64,000 nt of DNA. Source: Octopus sinensis (lineage: Eukaryota). Location: NCBI RefSeq assembly GCF_006345805.1, contig NC_043019.1, positions 25,729,360 through 25,793,359 on the forward strand, given 5' to 3'. The notes beneath the pieces were generated by a model, which was given only the letters and a program-made list of their open reading frames with translations, searched no databases and had not been told where the DNA came from. Positions 39,852-52,824 of this stretch are shown one piece after another; the stretch's first letter is position 1, and each line of letters begins with the position of its first letter. The position numbers were made by a program, and so were the translations under genes.

Positions 39852-42791
39852 TATTTCATTCACTGAAATTATGGGTTCAAGTTCAAGTCCAGACACATAC
39901 ACATTCCTCTGACATGGAAATGAACATTTAGTACAATTTATTAAAATTTACTGAAGCTTTACCACCATAGCTGTATTGTAGAAGATTATTAGAAATTGAT
40001 TATGTACACGAATTTATTCCATTGTTGAGAATTTTTTAAGAGTTTGCTATATACATTTTCTTTTCAATGTAGTTTCAATCATTTAAAAAATCTTTTCACA
40101 TTGAAAAAGGGCAAAGAAAAATAAAGCAATACTTTCTTATAAACAATAATTTCTGTTTCTATTCAAATCTTAACACAAATATAAAAATAATAGATAATAA
40201 CTCTCAAAGTAGGAGAGGTGTCAACTATATACCAATGACTATAGCTGTCAACGACGTTCTCTCCTAATACTATCTTCAGAGCAATCTATGAGGAATTTAC
40301 GCCATCTCAATTAGTTAATATATAACAGAAATATATTAAAGTTATCTCTACAGATACTTTATAGAAATTATAGCCAACACTGATTTCTGCTACGACGTTT
40401 TGTATGCGAGACGTCAGATGTAAACAACCAATGATTTCGAAGGCGAAATATGGCGTATATGGCGTAATGGGTGTATATACCATATTTCGGGAATTCTTGC
40501 CCTTTTATCAGCGCCCATCGTACCAATTACTCCTCATTTTGTTTAAATAGCCTATATATCTTGTGGTGTGTACTTATTAGATATAGCAATTTACAAATTA
40601 AACGCATTCCCGGAACAGGTACGTAAATATTAATGACTTCTTGCGACGTGGTATTTCGTTACGCAACCATAGTATATTACAGTTGCATAACGAAATAGTA
40701 CAAGTCATTAACATCACAGAAAATACAATTTCTTAAGGAATTATAATTTTGGTAATTTTTCTATAAACTTTCAAGAAAATAACCACGAAATTCTTACTGG
40801 TACAATGTTGTAATGAGATCTTTTTCAATCGGCGAGGTGTCACGCATATTGGTAGGGAGAAAGTAGCATATTTGATTGGCACTTTATATCATCGGTTGCA
40901 GAAATATAAAACGCAAAATCGATCTCAGTGGAATTTCAACTAAGGACCAAAAGGTACGTAACAAAAACTAAGAAAATAATTTGTCGACTGTTTTACCATT
41001 TGTGTCAATCATTGACCTGTATAATATGATTTCTAGCCTGTATAATATCGATTTTTAGCATAAGTACAAGGTCTGGAATTTGGGGAGAGGGTATTGACGA
41101 TTGTATCGAACCCAGGACCATACTATTTCTGTGCTGTGCTCACCATACCGGATTTTATAAACAACGGAGCAATAAAAAGCAAAAGTCACACTGGTGAAGC
41201 CGAAACCCAAATATCGGAGGAACGAAATACAAAGTACTTTGTATGACTTTGTATGACTATTCTCTTTGTATAATACTGATTTGGTTTTAATACGCCTGTT
41301 TTACTGATTTGGTATTAATACGCTCGGTTTATGGACGCAAGAAAACCACTGTAATTTCAGATCCATCATATACCGAACATAAGTTACGACGTCACAACAA
41401 GGAAAATGGCGGAGGGAAGAAACGGGTGTTTTCAGAAATTGACTTCACCTCGACACAGCACAAAAGTATATTACGTGTAGGTCACTTCCATATTTCCTGT
41501 TGCCAACGGAAGCTAGCATTAACACAATGCCATTAACCATTATGAAGCTTCCTGACTTTTAATATGTAATTAATAAAATTATTATCGACTAATTGCCTTC
41601 ATTTTTCCTGCAAGGAAAGTAATTCCAAACATGTTTCTACCCAATTTACATTTTTATTCTTTACTGTCTGTTGAAGTATTATTAAAAGAAGCATTAAGTA
41701 AACGGAAAAGATTGTACGATGCTGGAGTATGGAATTATTTAAAGACAATGGAATTAAAGTCAATGGAATCATTTACAGATTATATAATTCAAACCACTTA
41801 CTGAACACTCCTACTTCGGCTGCCATCATAGTTTGAAGATTACTTGAAACGATTCCCGTTGATCGAACAGATAATATTTTGGATTTATATTTAACTATTT
41901 CGCTTGGAAATTCTAAAATAGCTTATCACTTGATCAGTTTTTTACTTTATCTGCAGTAGTAATCAAAGAACTGTTCTGGAAATTATTTGCAGTAATTCTA
42001 CTGCATTTTACAGTCAAAATTTAAAAGAATTCAACAAGTTCACATATGAATCACATACATATGAACGTAGTAACCAAAGCTACCATTCCTAGGACAGAAA
42101 CGCAAAACCCCAAGAGAGAAACAGCACACAATCTTTATGGTTTTGAACCCCATTGCTTTAAACTCCTATTTTCAAATTCCAACAAGGTCCGCCACCGCCT
42201 TTATTATATTAGATAAATTGGTCTGATGCAAAAACCTTGATTATTTGAGCTAATGTTAAACCACTATTGTTAATAAATTCTGTCCGTCTTTGGCAGAAAA
42301 TAAGGAGATTTTCCCCGAGGAATATATTCCAATTATCAAAGAAACACGCAGTTTCTATGGTTTTCATGGTGAGATTATTTTTAATCAGAAAAAGGCTCTC
42401 CTATCGCGTTTATTTATTCTTTTGTATTTCCTTTTTGTTCATGATTCAAAGAATTATTCTTTTTATTTTTGATAAAGAAAATGTCACTCCATTATCTGGA
42501 AATAATTTTCAAATATGCACGTATGTGCGCGCGCGCGTAAGTGTATCACTTTGCTTGCGTATATGTGTCTATATGTGTGTGTGTGTGTGTGTGTGTGCGT
42601 GCGCACATGTTTGTGTGAATGTATGTTTACATGAATATATATAATATTGTCACTAAATATGACGAAGGATTTAGAACACGAACATTGCTAGAAATAAGAG
42701 CTAAAAAGCTCTAAATCTTTAGTTAAAACATGTAACTCTATAGATATATACTGACAGGGACGCTAATCGCCTGAAAACACCGGTCAAGAAT

Positions 42792-42844
42792 TCCCTATAC
42801 AAATCGGTCAGTTTCGGTTAATTCCGTAGCCTCATCAGTAGGGA
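42792..42844 (-). ncRNA. Type I hammerhead ribozyme motif
   Basis: Minus strand reads tcccta-CTGATGA-ggctacggaattaacc-GAAAC-tgaccgattt-GTA-taggga. Stem I is a perfect 6 bp, the core is complete, stem II is gg/cc plus ta/ta around one C-A mismatch, and stem III is closed by AC/GU. The predicted cleavage triplet is GUA. Confidence 0.8.
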
Positions 42845-43202
42845 GCACTCGGCTCGGCTGATTCTGCACATAATTCTCTGTCAGTACATCTGTAGTCACC
42901 ATAAAAATCTACGGATGATTTAACGAATCGCTAATCTGTATACAAAGAATTCATAAAACAATGTGCCATAATGTGTTGCCAAAAAATAAAACCATAATTG
43001 TCACCAAATATGACAAGGGTGTTAGGACCCCCTTTTGGTAATACATTGCACACGGCTATCTATATTAATTATATATATATATTATATATATATATATTAT
43101 ATATATATATACATTATGCATACATATGTGTGCGCACGATTGTGTGTGTGTGTATGCGTGTGTCTTTATGCATTTTTAATGTATATACATATATACATTT
43201 AT

Positions 43203-43290
<88 letters not shown>

Positions 43291-43305
43291 GTATATATAT
43301 ATGTT

Positions 43306-43353
<48 letters not shown>

Positions 43354-44210
43354 CCTGCTCGCTTAACCAGCGGGGTGGCGTCATTTGAAGGCTAAAACAA
43401 TGCGAACGCATTGTGACCAGCGATGTGCAACTACATCTGATGGACTGGTCGGTCACGTGATCACGTGATATATATATATATGAACACCTACATACATGTT
43501 CGAGTGCGCTCGGGCGGGAAAAGACCTTCGCTTGCGGATATAATGCCTGGAGAAAATTCTCATCCTAGAGATATGTGAAAAGAAGGCCTGTGATGACATC
43601 ATTAAATCATTTGAAGCATCCATTTTTTGCCGTTTCACCTTGTCTACTATGAACACCACATACGTCAATCATATCCTAATGAGAACGAAATGATGGTAAT
43701 GTATGCTGTATTAATAGGAATAATTTCTTTTGTGATTGATAGATTTGGAGTTCGAAGTAGACGCAGTAAAACGACATAAAATCGAATGCGTCCTACGTTC
43801 CAAAAACTTCCTGTCTTGTGTTTTTACACGTCCTTCAAGAGACTTTTCTGCCAGTATTATCTCCAGGGCGGAAGGTTTTCTCGTGTCCGAATGCATTCGA
43901 ATAAGGCTTTATCCGGATTCATTCAACACTGCTTCGTGCAACATCGTTACACACCTATATATTTCTTTCTGTGTATGTGTGTCAGCGTCTTTGTCTTTTA
44001 GTTAGTTTGTCAACACTGACAATGGGTGTTGCTTGTATAGATCTCCGTTAATTAGCAGTCCGGCAAAGAGAACACGATAGAATAATTATCAAGCTTGAAA
44101 TTACTTGTGGACGTCGATCTGATTAACTAAACAATGTTGCAGTCACCAGAAAATAGACAAAACATATACACCAAGTATAATGTTGTTAATAATATTTATT
44201 ATACTAGAAA

Positions 44211-44365
44211 ACGGCGAGCTGGCAGAAACGTTAGCACGCCGGGGGAAATGCGTAGCCGTATTTCGTCTGCCGTTACGTTCTGAGTTCAAATTCCGCCGAG
44301 GTCGACTTTGCCTTTCATCCCTTCGGGGTCGATTAAATAAGTACCAGTTACGCACTGGGGTCGAA
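44211..44365 (+). mobile_element. SINE family B, 3'-truncated
   Basis: cggcgagctggcagaaacgttagcacgccggg...gtcgactttgcctttcatccc. Confidence 0.88.
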
Positions 44366-44394
44366 TTAATATATATACACGTGTGTTTGTATTT

Positions 44395-44590
44395 GTGTGT
44401 GTGTGTGTGTGTGTTTGTGTCTGATTTTCCCCCACCATCGCTTGACAATCGGTATTGGTGTGTTTACGTTTTCGTCAAAAGAGACGGACAGGATAAGTAT
44501 CAGGCTTAAAGAAGTGTTGGGGTCGAATCATTCGACTGAAATTTCTTATGGCTGTGCTCCAGCATGGCCACTGCCTAATGGTAAAAGATA
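44395..44590 (+). mobile_element. SINE family A, 3' half
   Basis: ccccaccatcgcttgacaatcggtattggtgtgtttacg...ctccagcatggcca. Confidence 0.8.
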
Positions 44591-44785
44591 AAAGATCGAC
44601 AAACTGCTGGTTCAATTTAAGAATAACGATGATAATCCTTTCTACTCTACCCATATGGCTTGAAATTTTGAAGAAGTGATTATTGTATAAGACACTTGAC
44701 AAAGTGCCACACAGTGGGACTGAACCAGGAACCATGTGGTTGGGAAGCAAACCTTTTACTGCAATGTTGATATAGAGTTATAAAG

Positions 44786-45013
44786 CGGCGAGCTGGCAGA
44801 AGCGTTAGCGCGCCGGGCGAAATGCTTCGCGGTATCTCGTCTGTCGTTACGTTCTGAGTTCAAATACCACCGAGGTCGACTTTGCCTTTCATCCTTTCGG
44901 GGTCGATAAATAAAGTACCAGTTTTGCACTGGGGTCGATGTAATCGACTTAATCTCTTTGTCTGTCCTTGTTTGTCCCCTCTATGTTTAGCCCCTTGTGG
45001 GCAGTAAAGAAAT
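44786..45013 (+). mobile_element. SINE family B with 16-bp TSD
   Basis: atatagagttataaag occurs at 44770-44785 and 45014-45029. Confidence 0.92.
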
Positions 45014-45367
45014 ATATAGAGTTATAAAGGGGAACTTTCTTCTTTTATTCTCTCAGAACAAGATCTGACTGGAAGAATTTCATTGGCCAGCAGAGAAGCT
45101 CTAACAGTTGTATGAACGTGAAATATCTGGACAACAGTTGTGTGCGGTTAGAAAATTGATCAAAACGTTAAAAAAATTCATCGATGCAAGAATGAAATTT
45201 AACTGTCAATATTTACTCAATCGATGGATTTCTAAATAAATGATCGAACGAAGAAATATTGATGCGTGTTGACGTGAATGCAGGAATACAAACAAGAAGG
45301 CGGAGATAAGAAAAGAGAAAAGATTAAGAATATAATATAAATACACATACATACATACATACATACA

Positions 45368-45399
<32 letters not shown>

Positions 45400-45559
45400 C
45401 ATACAAATATTAACAGGGAGAGCGGAGAAGGAGAATATGCGCATCCATTGATAGCATCAATGTTGCTCCGCACTGTTGGTTGGAACGATGATGTCAAGAA
45501 ATGTCGAAATCAATCGTGTCAGGTCTCCAGTTGACGGCTAAAGAAAAGGAATGCATCGA

Positions 45560-45667
45560 AGCATGTATATATATATATATATATGTGTGTGCGTGTGTGT
45601 GTGTGTGTGTATGTGTCGGTGTGTGCGTATGTATGTATATATTATATATATATGTATGTATTGTATT

Positions 45668-45712
<45 letters not shown>

Positions 45713-45720
45713 TGTATTTG

Positions 45721-45753
<33 letters not shown>

Positions 45754-45760
45754 GTATTTG

Positions 45761-45791
<31 letters not shown>

Positions 45792-45798
45792 GTATTTG

Positions 45799-45836
<38 letters not shown>

Positions 45837-45938
45837 TATATGTATGTATGTATTTGTATATATATATATGTAAATATATATATACATATATATATATATA
45901 TATGTGTGTGTGTATACATATATGTCTATATATATGAG

Positions 45939-45972
<34 letters not shown>

Positions 45973-46065
45973 TATACATACATACATACATATATACATT
46001 TATATGTATGTATATACATATATGCATGTATGTATATACATGCATATAAATAAATGTATACATGT
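45560..46065. repeat. Compound (TA)n/(TG)n/(TATG)n tract with a repeated atgtatgtaNtgtatttg motif
   Basis: Read directly from the sequence. Confidence 0.92.
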
Positions 46066-46422
46066 GTGAGTGCGTGTATCAAGGGGAACCCATTAATATG
46101 TGATCAGCCTTGTTAAGAAATAAAATTTGCCATGTTGAATTATAACTGCCAAAGGCTGTTACATTAGAAAGTGAAATAAATTCACCTGACTTCAATGTTG
46201 AACAACTTAACCCCTCCTCGTTCCCGTCTGCTGTGTGCATCATATTGAGAGCAACCTATACACGTATGACCACCTCTTTTGTTCGTATAACTCCTCCTAT
46301 ACCCACAGAACCCTTTGTATTGGTCATACTGACCTCCACCACCACCATCACATTCACACAGCACCTTTTGAGCGCTTATTATCACAGGGTAATACGTGTG
46401 AGTGTACGTGAGTGTACGCGTG

Positions 46423-46462
<40 letters not shown>

Positions 46463-46641
46463 TGCGTGTGTCTGTGTCTGTGTCTGGGTGTGTACACGTA
46501 CGTGTGCGTATGTGTGTGGATATAAAAATACCCTTTTCTGGTATTAGCGATTCCTACCCTTTGTAATATTACACCCGATACCCTAGAAAAACAAAAAGAA
46601 AAACGCCAAAAATACATTGGGTAAATAAAGTAACTCTACAC

Positions 46642-46877
46642 CGAGGGTTCTCATCCATTTTTTATCTATGGACCCTTTTGATTATTATTTTATTCTTGTG
46701 GACTTCCATAACCATTTGATGCTTCAAAAATTCTTTTATATTAAATATTAGGAACTATATTTTTTTTAAATGACTCAAATATTTTTGTATTGTAGAAGTA
46801 TAGCCAAACGTGAGCTTGAACAAGAAAATCTTTCATGGTCCCTCAAGAGCCATATGCATCGTGGTTGAGAATCACTG
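46642..46877. mobile_element. hAT (Charlie-like) MITE
   Basis: The ends cgagggttctcatcc and ggttgagaatcactg are degenerate inverted repeats. The 8-bp flanks ctctacac/ttctatac match at 6 of 8 and fit NTCTANAN. A partial second copy lies at about 47604-47720. Confidence 0.65.
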
Positions 46878-47843
46878 TTCTATACCCAAGATATGGGGTA
46901 AAGAAGAGCGACATATGATGATGTCTTCAAGACGTTTGACCTGACGGTTGCTGGATCAGGGAACAACCAAGGCAGATCAGTATTCGTGTAGTTAACCATT
47001 TACTGTAAATATAACTACGATGGGAACTCTAATTTCAAATCAGAATTTTTTAAGGTATTTCCGCCATCATTATCTTACTGATTCTACCAAATAAAACTAC
47101 ATTAAACGTCTTTTTCTTTTTCAAGAATATTAATAGCAGTCGAAAATATAATCTCATCCCCATCAACTAGAACTAGTGATGTGACGCCGGATAGGATCTT
47201 ATGTAAGATATTCGTCGCTATTTACATTACTGATTAGCCATGGAGGCTATTAACGTAAAAAATTCTGTTTAAAGACGACAAAATCAATCAATACAATCAT
47301 AATTGATTATTATTTTCCTTGTCTGCAGAAATCTCTCTGGAGGCACCGACTGGTCTATTTCGGAAAGTTCTTTTTAATTAAAAATCATGAAAATCGAATG
47401 AGCTGATGTCTGATTGCTATTTCTCATCGTCTCATAAATTGTTATGAAGATGTCTGACTGATAGACAGATCAGTTATTTTTACATTTTACAAAACTATCT
47501 TCTCTCTTTAACTCTCTCAAACCCATTGATGCTTTGTGTGATACAAGAATCTTCGTTAACATCACCAAAAACTCTCTGAGTGTTTCCGAAATCAATCTGT
47601 TAAAACAGGGTTTCACGACCATGTTTATTGTTTATGGACCCCCTTTGATTAATATTTTGTTCTTGTAGACCCCAACAGCCATTCAATATTTCAAAACTAG
47701 TTTTATAGACGCTTCTTTCAAAATTCCCATTTCGCTTTCCACACATTCACTTGTGTAAGTTGAACCTCGGAAAGTATTAGAGGAAGAAACCTAACTCTTT
47801 CTTGCAATAAATACCAATACATACATTCTTCTTCTTCTTCTTC

Positions 47844-47881
<38 letters not shown>

Positions 47882-48065
47882 GTTATTATTATTATTATGT
47901 TATATTTAGTATTATGAAAAGCGATGGAGTTACAGAAACTGCGGGTTGCATTGCCGCACTTATGTACTTTACGTTGCAAGTTGAAATCGCCACATACACA
48001 CACACACACATACACACACACGCACACGCACACACACACGCACACACACAAACATGCACACATTG

Positions 48066-48215
48066 TAAGGTAAAGAACTTGCTTCCCAGGTACATGGTTC
48101 TGGGTTCAGTCCCATTGCGTGACACCTTGGACATGTCTCTTCTAATATAGCCTTGGGCTGACCAAAGCTTTGTCAGTAGATTTGGTAGATGGAAACTGAA
48201 AGAAGCCTGTGGTAT
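48066..48215 (+). mobile_element. SINE family A head (an oppositely oriented head lies at about 49076-49210)
   Basis: ggtaaagaacttgcttccc..gggttcagtcccattgcg..ggaaactgaaagaagcc. Confidence 0.8.
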
Positions 48216-48229
48216 ATATATATATATAC

Positions 48230-49007
48230 GACAGTTGTCGCAAAAGTTGGACAATTGATTATTGAGATATTAGGGGTTTTCGGGGTATGAATACCCAAAT
48301 CTGTGCATAGTCGGAAAATTCTCCGAAAATAACTTAACCCTGAAAGGGAAGAAACTTTTACCTTTCGATTAGACACAGTGACTTAACAACGAAAAAATAC
48401 GGTTTATTTTTTTACTGTAAATGTTTCTATTTTCGCTTTTGTTAAACACAATATTTTAATCATTTAGAAATATTTTTAAGTGAATGTGATTTCAAAAATG
48501 TAAGCTGTTTGTACATTAAGTATTTATATTTCGGCCTTCTTTAAACAGACAATATCTTAATGTTTTTTAGAAATTATTTTCAAGTGAATAGCATTCCTAA
48601 AAATATTGTTAAGTAAAAATGACTTTAAAAATACGGTAAATATTTCGTAGAAGACCCGTTCGTAACTTTGGAGTGAAATAATTTTTTCCATAGGTATTTT
48701 TCGAGTACATTCAACGTATCTCACCTCCAAAGATTTGACTACTATTTTTAGCACGCCCTTCTTGCACGTAACTGATATTTGCGATAAAGGACGCGAAATA
48801 ACTGTTACGTGGTAGAAGCCCATGTAAAAAATAGCAGGCAAATCTTTCCTTTTCTGGGAAAAGAATCCGTTTACGCGTGATTTCCAAGTCACATACGTTG
48901 AAAACATGCGAAATAATTTGGAAAAGTACATAAAATCCACGGAACAAAACTCTGTTGCTGGGAAACTCAGAGTTTCCCGGTGACCCAACGGGTCATGGGC
49001 AGCCTAG
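48230..49007 (+). mobile_element. Non-autonomous Helitron-type element (5' boundary uncertain)
   Basis: The 3' hairpin cccggtgaccc-aac-gggtcatggg is followed by cagcCTAG-t, a Helitron-type terminus. Confidence 0.6.
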
Positions 49008-49037
49008 TGTATATATATAGGCATAGCTACAGATATA

Positions 49038-49076
<39 letters not shown>

Positions 49077-50689
49077 CGGGCTTCTTTCATTTTCCACTCA
49101 CAAAGCTTTGGTCAGGCCAAGGCTATAGTCGAAGACAACTGCCAACGCAGTGGAACTGAACCCTGAGCCATGTTGTTGGAAGCAAGCTTCTTACCACACA
49201 CCCACGCCTGTGCCTATACACACACATACTCATATATATGTATACATACACACACACACACCACACCACACAAAAAGTGGACGCACACGCGCATTATCAA
49301 TCATCATAGGAATTGTAATCCAGACGTCATAACGAGAAGGAATTCAATGTCGACCGTTCGATATTTTTTTTATATTATATTAAACCAGATCGATTGGCTA
49401 CGTATGCCTGACATCTGATTTGACTGAGCCAATCACTGTAGAGTTAATAATTTACCCAGGAACCCAGCACACACCATATCTGCAGCATGTTTGAACTCCC
49501 GACCTTTGCCAACGTTGTCTCATATTTTATCGACTCCATTTTATCCACAAATATTTTCGAGACAAACAGATCCTTTCTTTTAGACTCTAAGTAGTTCCAG
49601 CAGTAGGGTTGTGGCCATGCTGGAGCACCTAATCTTTTAATACATTTATCTGTTTATTTCACACAGGTGGCAAAATGATTATATTTGGTGGATTTAGAGT
49701 TAAGATCAGGCGTGGGATTTGAACAGGAAAATAAGTACTGGGCTTACAAAGAATAAGTCCTGGGGTAGATTTGCTCGACTAAAGGTGGTGGGTGCTCCGG
49801 CATAGCCGCAGTTAAATGACTGAAACAAGTAAAAGAATAAAAGGAAAAGAAAGTAGCAAATATAGAATTTTTTCATTTTCATTTTTTTCTTTTTATATAC
49901 TCACATAGAAAACAAAACGACTGCAACTGGGATTTGAAACTGCTCTAAGGTTTTTTGCTACAGTTTTACCCAAACGATTTGTAATTTAGATACTAGATCT
50001 ACGTATTTGCGGTTTATAGTCGATTAAATAGACCCCAAAATATGACTGGTAATTGCTTTTAACGCTCTCGGGAAGATAAAACGCCAAATCGATCTTGGTG
50101 GGACTTAAACCCAGAAGATATAAAAGATGAAACTAAATACTACAATGCACTTCGTCCGCTGCGCCCTCTACCGACCCTTTTATAGGGACAATAACATATT
50201 GATTTCTCTTTATAAGGCAGAAACCCGCTTTCTATGAAAATTGTGTCACAAGTTGATAATCGATCGAATCAATAAATAACAGTTATTTATTTTCTCGGCG
50301 ATCAACGTGTAATGATGTCCCTATTGTAATTAGTAATATTATAGTAATTAGTAGCGATACTACCGAGAAGCTGCGGGGGCGGGGCGATGGAGTGAGAGGA
50401 TTGGTTGAATAAAAGATTAAAACCAGTCTTTATAACATCTGAACACATATCAAGGAGATATCGATCTGCTGGGGCAACGGATGTTATAGTTTACCGCCTC
50501 AGCCATTAACAACGACAGCGTCCTTCTGTTTACAGGAACAGGACAGCAAGTGAGAATGTGTGGCTCTCATGCCTCTCTGAAACACATTAACGACGTGGAT
50601 TAAGTAAAGTGGAAATGCTTGGTAGATGTTAATATCTTTTATTCTTTGTATCGTTTCAGTCATTGGACTGCGGCCATGCCTGGATACCT

Positions 50690-51108
50690 CTTTACTCTTT
50701 CACTCTTTTACTTGTTTCAGTCATTTGACTGCGGCCATGCTAGAGCACTGCCTTTAGTCGAGCAGATCGACCCCAGGACTTATTCTTTGTAAAGCCTAGT
50801 ACTTATTCTATCGGTCTCTTTTGCTGAACCGCTAATTTGCGGGAACGTAAACAGACCAAAATCGGTTGTCAAGCGATGTTGGGGGGACAAACACAGACAC
50901 ACAAACATGTACACACACATACATATCTTATAATAACATATATACGACGGGCTTCTTTCAGTTTCCGTCTACTAAATCCACTCACAAGGCTTTGGTCGGC
51001 CCGAGGCTATAGTAGAAGACACTTGCCCAAGGTGCCACGCAGTGGAAGTGAACCCGGAACCATGTGGTTGTTAAGCAAGTTACTTACCACACAGCCACTC
51101 CTGCGCCT
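50690..51108 (-). mobile_element. SINE family A, full length (a more diverged copy lies at about 51165-51487)
   Basis: Homologous to 2143-2555. Confidence 0.9.
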
Positions 51109-51272
51109 ATAAATTTTTGTCGAATAAATTATCCCCCAGTACTTGCTATTTTTTAAATCTTCATTATGCCTGGGACTTATTCTATCGGTCGCTAAGTTAT
51201 TGGACGAAAACTAACCGACACCAGTTGTCAGACGGGGCGACAAGCATAAATACAAATGCAAACACACACACG

Positions 51273-51304
<32 letters not shown>

Positions 51305-51744
51305 CGCGCACGCACACACGCGCACACACACGGCAGTCTTCTTTCAGTTTCCGACAACAAAGTTTACTCACAATGCATTAGTCGGTCCGAGGTTATAGTA
51401 GAAGACACTTGCCTAAGATGCCATACAATGGGACTGAACCCGGAACCATATGGTTGGGAAACAAGCTTCTTACCACACAACCACGCCAATACAGCAAGCA
51501 TTTCTCGGTATTAATTTTGTTTCAGTAATTACTTTAAAAATAAATCATTAATCAGATTAATCTCTTGTGATGTTATCGCAATAATTTCCTGAAATGCATC
51601 TCTAGCCAATCTATATACCGGTCATCATCAATCATTAATCTTTTCGAATTTTAAGGATTATTTTTTTTTCTTTTTAATATTTATGATTAAATTTCTTTCT
51701 CACAAATAAAGGTTTGAAATTTTCTATTTCTCAGTGACAGCAGT

Positions 51745-51916
51745 TTTTTTAGGGGTGGGGGAATCGATTACATCGACCCCAGTACTTGACAGGTACTGCT
51801 TTTATCGACCCCGAAGAGATGAAAGGCAAAGTTGACCTCAGTGGAATTTGAACACAGAACGTTAAGACAGCTAAGCACGTTGATCGGCGTGCAAACGGTT
51901 CTACCAGCTAGTCGCC
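51745..51916 (-). mobile_element. SINE family B, diverged
   Basis: ttttatcgaccccgaagagatgaaaggcaaagttgacctcagtggaatttgaac. Confidence 0.82.
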
Positions 51917-52022
51917 TTTCTCACAATTAATAAGAAGAGTGTCTATGAACGCCAAGTCTGAAGTATGGAGAGGAAGAAGAACCACAATTCACGTGTTGTT
52001 ACGACTGTAAGAAGTAACATAT

Positions 52023-52386
52023 CTATTTCTTTACTACCCACAAGGGGCTAAACACAGAGGGGACAAACAAGGACAGACAAAGGGATTAAATCGATTACAT
52101 CGACCCCAGTGCGTAACTGGTACTTAATTTATCGACCCCGATAGGATGAAAGGTAAAGTCGACCTCAGCGGAAATTGAACTTAGAACGTAACGGCAGACG
52201 AAATACCCGTTTCTTTATTACCCACAAGAGGCTAAACATAGAGCGGACAAACAAGGACAGACAAAGGGAGTAAATCGATTACATCTACCCCAGTGTGTAA
52301 CTGGTACTTAATTTATCGACCCCGAAAGGATGAAGGGCAAAGTCGACCTCGGCGGAATTTGAACTCTGAACGTAACGACAGACGAA
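52023..52386 (-). mobile_element. Dimeric, 5'-truncated SINE family B unit with one 16-bp TSD
   Basis: gtaagaagtaacatat occurs at 52007-52022 and 52387-52402, enclosing two tandem monomers. Confidence 0.9.
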
Positions 52387-52785
52387 GTAAGAAGTAACAT
52401 ATTGACAAACTGAGGTATACTCGGACTAGACCTGACCTGAAAGCGCACAAAAGAATGGACGGTACTAAGGACACCAAAGATCAGATGTTGGTGGTAAATG
52501 GAGCAAAGAATTTTGTGTCTTTGAAGATCGGACATGGCCCAACGAGTGGAGACACAAAAGACTTTCTTTAAGCATTATTATACTAAAAGGTGCCTCATGG
52601 TAGGAGCGAACCAAGACCCAAGTGACTGCAAAGTGAACTTCTTCACACCATGGCTATGATCACGCCCCTAATTTAATTCTCTTCAAAGTCAAACACCGCA
52701 ACTTGTTTCGGACATAAGAGCGTCTGACGTGGATTCCAATGGACACTCCATACACCGACATACAACATTATACACAATGGGAAAT

Positions 52786-52824
<39 letters not shown>

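Noticed and set aside
45035-45120. Strong acceptor-like tract ctttcttcttttattctctcag
   Set aside because: All downstream frames close quickly with no recognisable product or good donor.
50520-50560. Possible 14-nt micro-exon (tttacag|gaacaggacagcaa|gtgaga)
   Set aside because: Its length is not a multiple of three and there is no supporting context. It cannot be distinguished from chance without RNA data.
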